From NCBI GenBank assembly GCA_951406725.2, contig OX597817.1:127348001-127412000 (forward strand): DNA of 64,000 bases, given 5' to 3'. The translations under genes and the position numbers were made by a program. Of this stretch, positions 10,780 through 20,535 are shown piece by piece. This stretch comes from Octopus vulgaris (taxonomy: Eukaryota). Below the pieces are notes generated by a model that was given only the letters and a program-made list of their open reading frames with translations, was not told where the DNA came from and made no database searches. Every line of letters starts with the position of its first letter. Positions within the stretch are counted from its first letter, which is position 1.

Positions 10780-12746
10780 TATTTTATATAATTTGCCACT
10801 AGGGCAGCACACAGAGTAGTAGCTACGGGCTGGACAAGGACATTAATGGATGATGGTGGTGGTGGATGAAGATGGTGATGGGAGAAGTCGAAAGCGCCCG
10901 CCGACTTTCGCTTCTCTAAAACAATGTTTCAATAAATACATTTAATAAAATGTTCAAAAATTGTTCAACAATTCTTCTCGTCAGGTCCCCGAAGCTGTCT
11001 TGCCGCCTGCAGACAACTCTGCGACGACAAGTCGGGGCCTGCAAAGAGAAAGGTAAAGTCTTTCTTTTCAAAGGTCTCTGCGACCCTTGACAAAGTATCT
11101 TCTGTTACTTTTTCCGCAGCTACCTGCGGAGGCCATAACGGACTCCTTGAGCCGACCGTGTCCTTACGCTCTCGGTCACCCAAGCCATTCAAGAATCTTT
11201 CAACCTCCTCTCCCTTGTGGTAAAGGAGGAGAAGCATCTCCTCTTCACAGGGAGGGACCTCACACTCCTCCGTCGGTGGCACACTTCCCACTGGCGGAGC
11301 CTTGTCCGCGGGTGGCACACATCCCACCCGCGGCTCCGTCGGCGACACAGAAACGTCAGTCGTCCGACCTCTCCTTTTTCTCCTCCTTCTTTTGGGGGAG
11401 ACTGCTGACCCAGGGGACTCCGTCACCAGACACGGGGGATTGCTATCCCCCTTCGCCCCCTGAGCGTTCTTTGGCGGGCAACCATTGTTGCTCGCCTTTC
11501 TCTTTCTTTTCGTGGAGGCAACCTCCTCCACGACTTCCATCGTCTCCCCCTCCAATGAGGGGGCGGTGGGCGCCTTTTCCCCTCTCTGCTCCGGGGCACC
11601 ACTACGGCCCCTGGGACAATTCTTCCTGATATGTCCGGGCTTCAGGCACAGGTGACACTTGGGGGGGCGACCCTCGAGTATCACCGGGTACCTGTGCCCA
11701 GCCATTCTCAGGAAGTCCGGGAATTTCATTTCCCCCACGGCTACCGGTGTCCACAGGGTCAAAGTTGCCCTCGACCCCTGCCAGGCGACCGCAGGAGCCA
11801 CCTTCACACTTAGCAGTCTGGGTCCGCTATCCCCCAGGCCTCGCCGGATGGTCTTTTCGATCCATTCCGCCTCCGTGCCCGGGGGCAGCCCACACACCCA
11901 GGCTCTTTTCACTTTTCTGCCACAATACGAGGGGAGGAACAAAATTTCCTCTCCCTCCAGTGGCTCGCTAGCAAATCTGCTAGCTTCCTCGGGGGTACCA
12001 AATAGCAACCAGACCGTTGCAAATTTGCTCCCCCGAGAAATAAATTTTATAGTTGGCAGGTAGTCCCCCAACTCTTTCTCTATAGTATTCTTGTCGAAGA
12101 GGGCAATGGCTCCACGCGACCTAGAATAGGTTCGTAGGACACCGTCCTCTTCTCAAGACTTTCAATCCACTGCTTTGGTGGGACGACCTCCCATTCCAAA
12201 GCGGTGGTTTCTTTTGTTGCCATGTTTTTTTTGTTTTTTTATTAAATAAATGTATTTAGAATAAAACTAAAAAACGAGAAGAAAAGGAAATCCGAAGAAT
12301 GTCACAATGAAAAACGGAGAGAGTCAAATAAAGTTGAAAAGAAAGTCAAATAAAGTTAAAAAGAAAGTCAAAAACACAGCAAAATCCTTTTGGCCATTTG
12401 GTACTCCCGGCCTAAATCGAACCAGGATCGCACAGCTCCCACAAAAATTGGTGTAAAATTGGTAGTTCTTCACAGCACCATACAATTTTCACAATTCGAA
12501 GACGGATACGCCCCCCAAAATTTTCTCAGCGAGAAAAATATATCTGCCACATGTCGGCAGAATCAGAATTCTGAATCCAGTAGGACTTTCTGCATGTAAA
12601 AAATAATTCTCAACAAAAACTCCCACTGGACCCAGAAAACAGAATCTTACCTTACATGGGGCTTCCAAAGTTTCAATTCAAGACGGCTTCAAAAGCACAT
12701 CTTCACTGCTTCAGTAGCAAACACAACATTGACTCGCACATGCGCA
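10780..12746 (-). mobile_element. ORF1-only (non-autonomous, HAL1-like architecture) Tx1-related retroelement, element B
   Basis: Has its own 5' UTR, an ORF1 paralogue and a ~185-nt 3' UTR ending like A (TGCC..GGCAAATTATAT-A-rich). No EN/RT sequence; bounded by target copies 2 and 3. Confidence 0.85.
10965..12223 (-). CDS. ORF1 of element B (gag-like, CCHC knuckle), one frameshift near 12140
   Basis: ATG at 12223 gives MATKETTALEWEVVPPKQW (cf. A: MAMKNNKVLEWEIIPPKKW), then LRTYS..YLPTIKFISRG..EGRPPKCHLCLKPGHIRKNC; stop at 10965. Confidence 0.85.
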
Positions 12747-12761
12747 GTTAGCAAGCTACTT
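12747..12761. repeat. Target-site copy 3 (GTTAGCAAGCTACTT)
   Basis: Identical to 4853-4867; the SINE head resumes immediately after. Confidence 0.95.
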
Positions 12762-12887
12762 ACCACACAGCCACTCCTGCGCCTATAGGTAATGTTTTTA
12801 TTACTTTTAGCCCGAAACATGATCTTGTACACGGTTAACCAAAGTTTTAAATCACTTTCTTTCTTCTGCTAGCCTATTATGTAGTGT

Positions 12888-13273
12888 GTGGAGTTGCAAT
12901 GGCCCAGTGGTTAGGGCAGCGGACTCGCGGTCATAGGATCGCGGTTTCGATTCCCAGACCGGGCGTTGTGAGTGTTTATTGAGCGAAAACACCTAAAGCT
13001 CCACGAGGCTCCGGCGGGAGATGGTGGTGATCCCTGCTGTACTCTTTCACCACAACTTTCTCTCACTCTTACTTCCTGTTTCTGTTGTACCTGTATTTCA
13101 AAGGGCCGGCCTTGTCACTCTCTGTGTCACGCTGAATATCCCCGAGAACTACGTTAAGGGTACACGTGGCTGTGGAGTGCTCAGCCACTTACACGTTAAT
13201 TTCACGAGCAGGCTGTTCCGTTGATTCGGATCAACCGGAACTCTCATCGTCGTAACCGACGGAGTGCTTCCCC
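12888..13273 (+). mobile_element. tRNA(Arg)-like-headed SINE with 9-bp TSD
   Basis: A box TGGCCCAGTGG, GACTCGCGGTC anticodon-like arm, B box GTTTCGATTCC; TSD ATGTAGTGT at 12879-12887 and 13274-13282. Confidence 0.88.
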
Positions 13274-13539
13274 ATGTAGTGTCTTTTTCTTGGAGAATTT
13301 ATGGTGTTAATAATGTCTGTTGGCGTCTATTTTTCAGTGGTGAGGCACTAGCTAAGCCCTTGTTATAATTATGTATATGATTATAAGATATTTATAAAAT
13401 TTACCTATGAGGTTTTATTTCTGCGCTGACCACTTGGTAAAGATCATTAATGATTTTTACCTTTTTTTTTATTATTATAATTAATATTTGAAAACATATA
13501 TATGCATACATATATATTCATATACATGAATATATTCTT

Positions 13540-13741
13540 TTTTCTTTTATTTGTTTCAGTCATTTGACTGCTGCCATGCTGGAGCCCCGCCTTTAGTCGA
13601 ACAAATCGATCCCAGGTCTTATTATTTCTAAGCCTTGTACTTATTTTATCGGTCTATTTTGCCGAAACTCTAAGTTACTGGGAGGTAAACACACTAACAT
13701 CGGTCGTCAAGCGATGGCGGGGGACGAACAAAGACTCACCA

Positions 13742-13826
<85 letters not shown>

Positions 13827-13970
13827 CGACAGGCTTCTTTCAGTTTCCGTTTACCAAATCCACTCACAAGGTTTGGTCGACTCGAGGCTATAATAGAAGA
13901 CACTTTCCGAAGGTGGCACGCATTGGGACTGAACCCAGAACCATGTGGTTTAATAGTAAGCTTCTTACAA
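13540..13970 (-). mobile_element. Uninterrupted, head-decayed copy of the SINE family targeted by elements A/B
   Basis: Colinear with 4480-4867; the equivalent target position reads AATAGTAAGCTTCTT. Confidence 0.88.
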
Positions 13971-14002
13971 CATAAACATATATATGTATGCATATATGTA
14001 TG

Positions 14003-14218
14003 TCACCAGACATGAACCCTATTGAAGACCTTTGTGATATAATAGACAGGACACTTTTTAAAATGAACATGAAAGCATCTTCAAAGCCAGAACTTTTGAG
14101 ATTACTGCATGAAACTTGGCAAGAAATTCTGCAAGACAATATTCGTCATCTGATCAGTAACATGCCTAATGGGGTCTTTGCATTGAAAACTGTAAATGGC
14201 ATGTCTACTCAATATTAA
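14003..14218 (+). pseudogene. Tc1-like transposase C-terminal fragment
   Basis: SPDMNPIEDL (SPDLNPIE motif) ... WQEI...LISNMP...NGMSTQY-stop. Confidence 0.8.
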
Positions 14219-14316
14219 ATATTCACATTATAACAATCAATGTATAATTTGAATGTATAAGTTCAGATTTAAACCAATTTTAATTATTATAATTGTCTAT
14301 TTACTTCTGCCATGTT

Positions 14317-14366
<50 letters not shown>

Positions 14367-14526
14367 TAATAAAGGGTTTTTTGCAACATACCGAAAATAT
14401 TAAAAATAGCAGTCAAATGGGCTACTATTACTATTACTACAAAAATAAGTCTCCACAAACAACAGTATTTGTACGCTATATATGGTAAATACAATGAAAC
14501 TGCGAACCTTCGTTTCGGCGGTACTG

Positions 14527-14692
<166 letters not shown>

Positions 14693-14867
14693 TAAAATAT
14701 GATTAATATTCAGTTGAATTAGGTACTTAAATTGAGGCTCGTTGTTAGGTCGATCTAATTTACACACCGAAACAATTTCAGGTGAATATCAAACTCTGTG
14801 ATATTCTTGAAGTGTATGCAGATAAAACAACCCAACTCAGTGAAGAGATCCGCTTTTGGTTGTTCAG

Positions 14868-15045
14868 GTGGGTGAACTGAGCCGTGACGTCCTTCTCCCA
14901 ACTCCACTTCCCAGTGGAAACGCGCGGGCGGGCAGCTGAAGGCCTGGGTTACGACGATCAAGGAGGACCTCCCCGTACTCACGGGACCGCAGGTGGTCGG
15001 CCTGCGCCGATGGAACCGTAACTGGCTCGCTATCTCCAGTGAACA
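14868..15045 (+). pseudogene. RTE-clade LINE ORF C-terminal fragment
   Basis: Frameshifted translation GELSRDVLLPTPLPS..RAG.QLKAWVTTIKEDLPVLTGPQVVGLRRWNRNWLAISSE resembles RTE C-termini; GC-rich island. Confidence 0.65.
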
Positions 15046-15195
15046 TAAGAATATTAACATGCATGCGCCCGCATTTTTCTTTGTAATTATATATCAGTAT
15101 GCTTGCCTAATCAATGAGCTCATTGATTAGGCAAGCATAATGATATATAATTACAAAGAAAAATGCGGGCGCATGCATGTTAATATTCTTATGTT
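15042..15195. repeat. 154-bp spacerless palindrome (one mismatch)
   Basis: Centre GAG|CTC at 15118/15119; the only mismatch is 15097/15140. Confidence 0.95.
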
Positions 15196-16174
15196 ATTAC
15201 ACCTGGAAAACTACAGAGCAAGAATTCTACAGAAGAATTTGCCTAATTCTTCTGTAAAGGAAACTAAAAGTCACCTCCAAAGGAAACTTAAGAGTACTTA
15301 AAATTAAAATTCTACTGTACTTAAAATATTGTAGCCAAGAATAACTTTTAAGAATTTACTATATTTTATTAAACAACAAATAATAATAACACATAATAAC
15401 ACATTACTGTTTTTTTACAAAAATAAGACAATCCGATTTTAAGCCTTTTCGTGTATAGCCCCAATAATTTTTATTATCTTCATAAAAAAAATTATTTAAG
15501 CAAAATTATTTAAATCTGTATTTAAGCCCATGGGCTTTATCTCGGAAAAGCAGTATTCTAAAAATTAAATGAAATTAAATGAATTTTAAAAAAAAGAATT
15601 CGCCTAAATAGTTATCCCTAAGAGAAAATTGAAAGTGACGAATTAGGTGAAGTATTTTCAAATGAATTTTTTTTTTTCAATTTGGAAGAATTGACTGAGC
15701 ATATGGTTCAATTGAAACTGCAATGTTTTTTTTTATTTTTGTAATGGGATTTCAATTCAAAGGAAAAAAATCTGTGCCTTATTTACAACTTTATATTTTA
15801 ATATTTCTACTTGATACAAGGGAATAAAATGACCATTGTAATTGTATATTTCAAAAGACATGATTTTTTTAAAAAATCATTTGAATATATTTTTGATTAT
15901 ATTTCAACTGTTTTTTATTAAAGATTTATTTCTTTTTCAGATTATCATAATAAATAAAATAAATTATCTCAAATTATACCGAATATAATGTATTTTAATG
16001 TTTAAAATTTTATTCTCGGCCGCAAGATTTTAAGTACAGTAGAATTTTAATTTTAAGTACTTTTAAATTTCCTTTAGAGATGACGAATTCTACTGTAAAA
16101 TCTTGTTTTATTGTTTTCCAGATGAAATAACTTATCAATATTAACATGCATGCACCCGCGTTTTTCATTGTAAT
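15149..16174. mobile_element. AT-rich element with long diverged inverted repeats (MITE/foldback-like)
   Basis: 15149-15345 is a diverged reverse complement of 16010-16174 (e.g. AGTACTTAAAATTAAAATTCTACTGTACTTAAAAT). Confidence 0.6.
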
Positions 16175-16958
16175 CCACTTTTTTCCAGGCAATGCAATAA
16201 ACTAATAAATATTCGTTTGTTAAAAAATATTTGAACTAAATGAAACCTGCAACTATATTTATTTCCTTTAAAATTAATCATGTTTAAGGATAATGAGAAA
16301 TTTAATTATAATTGTAAAGAATATTAGATCCTATATATTCACTGTATATAAAATTTTTGTATTGAAACAAAGTGCATAATACGAAAGCACGAAAATTTAT
16401 TATGAAAAATAATTTCCTATATAATAGTGAATATTAATGTAATACTAATTTTATTATAAAGTCAAGTAATAAATGAGCTATATCTATATATATTAAGAAG
16501 AACTAGATTCTAAATATTGTTTCTAATTAGGTGAAAATTATTAAACTTTAAACCTCAGTTTAAAACTCAGAGAGAGAGAGAGAGAGAGAACTAGATTTTT
16601 CATATTTATATATCATTTATATAGGTTACACATATTATATCATACCTTGATACTGTGTGAATTGAGATCGACATTGACAGGCCTGTGTTATCATATTTAA
16701 TTGGTTTAACGCTTACGGTTTGCAAATTAGATCCTGGATATGGGTAAATGGAAATACAGGAGGCTGAATTAATTATGATTTTATTCAACACATTCCCCTC
16801 TCAGATTCACACAGGTATTGAAACGGCCCTTCACTTTTTCTAAGCCCTTAAAAAAACTCAGAACTTTAAGCCTCTGACTTGAGCCTTTCCTGATATCCTT
16901 AAAATCAGGAACTTTTCACCACCTGCCTCATATATCTGATATATATATAGAGAGAGAA

Positions 16959-17086
<128 letters not shown>

Positions 17087-18443
17087 CCATACATACATAC
17101 ATAATGAGATTGGAGGTATTTACGCCGATGCTTTACTGATCACTGTAAGTCTCTGTTTTTCTCATTACACCATCATAAACTCCACCAGAAACACCGCTGG
17201 CCTTATTGCGATTATGATCAGCACCATCATCACGAATCTAGCTACATTCGCCATGGACATTGGATCTTTAATCGTCATCACTACTACACCACCAACATTA
17301 CTATTACGATTACTGTCTCTTCTAGTATTTCATTTAGTCAACACCATTACCACAGCTCACTAATAAACTGATTATCTCAACCGCTGCAACCTCCGTTCTC
17401 TCCATCGTTTTCAACACCACTATCATTACGACTAGCACCACAATAACCACCACCGTAATTATCACAACTATTAGCTCCACAACCACTTTCATTTTCAAAT
17501 TCTATGCAAATTATTTTCAATTCTCTTCCTTTTATTATCAGAATAATTTTCATGACTTCTGTTCGCGATATCCAATCCTGCGACTGTGATTTAGAATTTC
17601 TAATGCACTCCAGCATCTGAAAGATGCAAAAGAAGCCGAAATAATTCTTCTTCTCAGATTTTCCGTGCTTTTTTTTTTTCCTTTTCTTTTTTTTTTTAGC
17701 TTTGTATTCACCCTACCACACACTCACCTCACTGTGTGTCAGAAATTAAGCTTTATATTGTTATTTCTTTTATCTTTTTACATTTTTAAATTACATTTGT
17801 AGAGAATATGGTGAGAAACTATAAATGTAAGAAAACATTCAGTGGTTGGTTGTGGTATGGTTTCGATTTGTCTCGAAGCGATTTACCTTTCCATACAACT
17901 GTAATCTGGTTGTTTCTTTTATACTGCATATTGTCGACACTAGCGTCATTGGTTGGTGGCTCCTAATTGATCAACTGTTTATACACAATGTTTGTGGTGA
18001 AAATATGACAAGGAAGCATCTGCGCAACTCGAAGCAACCGGGTACTACAGAGTTTTTTTGTCTTTTCTTCATTCTGAAATACCAGTTTGTTTACTTTTTC
18101 GCTTATGCTTTCCTCATTAGCTGATATAGACTAATGAAAGACATACAGGCACGCGCGTGCATACAAACAGGTTCGCGCACGCACGCTCAATCACGCACAC
18201 TCACACACATGCATACTCACACCTTCGGGATGGGTACATTATATGCAAGCAACAACATATAACTAAAGAGAGAACACAATATGTGAATTAGAACTGAAGA
18301 TGACAATTGTTCTAACCCAGATTCCTCAAAATTCTGTCCGATATGTTTGGTAAGAGAGCCTTAACGAAATTTCATATGCACACTTTTTAAAATGTACATA
18401 CATCTACATTCATGCATACAATCATGCATACACACAAGCATAT

Positions 18444-18474
<31 letters not shown>

Positions 18475-19315
18475 TAGATAGATAGATAGATATAGATAGC
18501 TATAGATAGATAGATAGATATAGATAGATAGACAGACATCCGACAGACAGATATAGAGAAAGAGATAAATATGTGTGTAAAAGGGATTGAGATACCAGGG
18601 TAAATGTATTAGCATGTGATGCACGTATCCATGAAGTTTCCGACTAACAATTTCCCATTATAACATGTGCATCGACACGAGACTATAATGTAACACAGAC
18701 GTCTTAACTATTGTGTCGTAGTATTGAATACTGTAACCGCATTTAAGAGCATTAAAACTTCGCACTTGTGCTTCACATCAAAACTGTGACTGAAAATATC
18801 TGGAGGCGGACAAAATGTCGTAGACAAGTTTTGAAATGTCCACTTCTGATAAAATCTACGAATAATTTACTTTTCAATTGTATAATATCTATAAAATTTT
18901 AAACACATGTAATTTACGAAATTTAACTGTACTAAGCACATCATTTCTTTACATAGACTAATCTAAGAAATTGGTAATAATTATAAAATTAATAGTGAAT
19001 GAGAAGATGGTGAATCTGAGAAGTTCTTTATATCTGTCTCTCTCTCTCTCTCTCTTTCTTTTTCTCTATCTGTCTTTCTCTCTCCCCCTCCCTATCTCTC
19101 TTTCCATACGCCTCTGCGTTCTAATCTTGCTGCATTCTCAAGAACTTTCATATGATTAAATGTTATTTACTTCAGCTATTTTGGTAGACCATTGTCTAGA
19201 GTATTTAAGTGATTATATCGGCTGCCATAGTTTACTTCTTATCCTGTCGACCTTATAATAAACGAAAGTACTATATGGAAATAGGATCAAATAATATTAA
19301 TTCAATCTGACTTAA

Positions 19316-19535
19316 CCCTTTCATATTTAAACCGGCCATATCAAGCCTAAATATTCCATCTGTTTTAAGTTTTAGCCACCCACGCCCAGTCCCTTATATC
19401 TACCCTACAATGATATTTTACAAAATAGCAATCATATCGACAAAATCTTAAAGCTATGAGATAATGCATGATTAATTAAAAAAGTTGAGTATTGAAAAGC
19501 ATCACATTTGACAAAGTAATTTGAATGATAAAGGG
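19316..19535. mobile_element. piggyBac-like MITE
   Basis: TTAA|CCCTTT...AAAGGG|TCAA termini (degenerate TTAA target), non-coding 220 bp. Confidence 0.6.
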
Positions 19536-19738
19536 TCAAATAACGCATAGTTTCTCTTTCCAAATGTACCGGATTAATTCCTGCGCTTATACACATACTG
19601 ATACACATACATAACCACCCATCCGCCCTACCTCCTCCTCACACACACGAACACACATACAAACCTATAAGTAATTATTATAAGCACAGGCTTATAATAT
19701 TTGCAACCAACGTACGTGTGACATATATATATATAGAG

Positions 19739-19813
<75 letters not shown>

Positions 19814-19829
19814 ACAGAGAATAGACACT

Positions 19830-20535
19830 TCTCATGTGGTGCTTCGTAATCTCTCTGGTGTTTCTCTTGAATGGCTGGCATTACGAGCGTGAGCGTACGG
19901 TGCCATTCATTGTGCCGCAGAACCTTCTCTTCCAAGATGTTTGGGGAGATGCGCTTGAGTTCTTCCTATGAAGCTTCAGCACATCCCTGTATTGCAGACT
20001 TTGATCAACAAGGCTCCTTCTGTCTTGGTGCATTTCAGCGTAGAAAACGGCCTTTGGCAGCCTTCGACCCTCCATTCTGCAAGCATTTCCCGCTCAATGC
20101 AGCTTCAATAACACAAAGGGGACATATTTACTGTGCCAGCATCAATGTTTGGTCTCTATATGAAACTTCGACAACTGAGTTGCTTTACCATCTACCACCA
20201 AGATATTCTAATAGATCGCGAGAGCACGAAACAATGATAGGACAGGGAGAGCCCCTAGAGTACACCTAGACCTAGACCTATCTCGGCAGTGAAGTGACTT
20301 GTAATAATTCTTCTGACCTTGAAGCTGAGTGGCGAATATAATATGCCATAAAGGAGTTGGGTTCTTCCGAGAAACGCTTATGGGGCTGCCATGACATTGC
20401 CTGCAACACGAAGAGATGCAAGTGTACAGTGGGGCAGTACTTCCATGTCGCATCTACGCCGCAGAATGCACGGCCTTCCACTGCAAGTATATTAGGACCT
20501 TGAAGCGTGCCCAACTTCGTCATCTGCTCTCCACC
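19830..20535 (-). pseudogene. RTE/BovB-like LINE 3' fragment
   Basis: MEGRRLPKAVFYAEMHQDRRS...QYRDVLK..H..TSW/MEEKVLRHNEWHRTL matches the RTE ORF C-terminus (RLPKxxxYGEL..G.R..G....RYKDxLK). Confidence 0.75.

Larger units (their letters stand above)
4460..12784 (-). mobile_element. tRNA-derived SINE split by two Tx1 insertions (body/tail 4460-4867, head 12747-12784)
   Basis: Rejoined minus-strand head AGGCGCAGGAGTGGCTGTGTGGTAAGTAGCTTGCTAACCAACCACATGGTTCCGGGTTCAGTCCC has A-box-like and B-box-like motifs. The body matches 13540-13970 and the tail is (AAAGAGTA)-like repeats. Confidence 0.9.
3960..13497. mobile_element. Penelope-like non-autonomous inverted-repeat element with hammerhead motif, expanded by nested insertions
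   Basis: 3960-4173 is the reverse complement of 4444-4459 + 12788-12878 + 13274-13375, and 4188-4255 recurs directly at 13425-13497. The rejoined right arm reads CTGATGA-A-GGC..GCC-C-GAAA-CATGATCTTG-TA (hammerhead core). TA-rich runs flank both sides. Confidence 0.7.

Noticed and set aside
5244-12063. Plus-strand and alternative-frame ORFs overlapping elements A and B
   Set aside because: Shadow ORFs of GC-rich coding sequence with no recognisable motifs
4868-12746. LTR retrotransposon, or a simple tandem duplication of ORF1
   Set aside because: No LTRs, integrase or protease. The two ORF1 regions are strongly diverged and separated by a target copy plus a proper 3' terminus
12888-12965. 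Functional tRNA-Arg gene (also 23155-23227)
   Set aside because: No complete acceptor stem; continues into a SINE body and is flanked by TSDs
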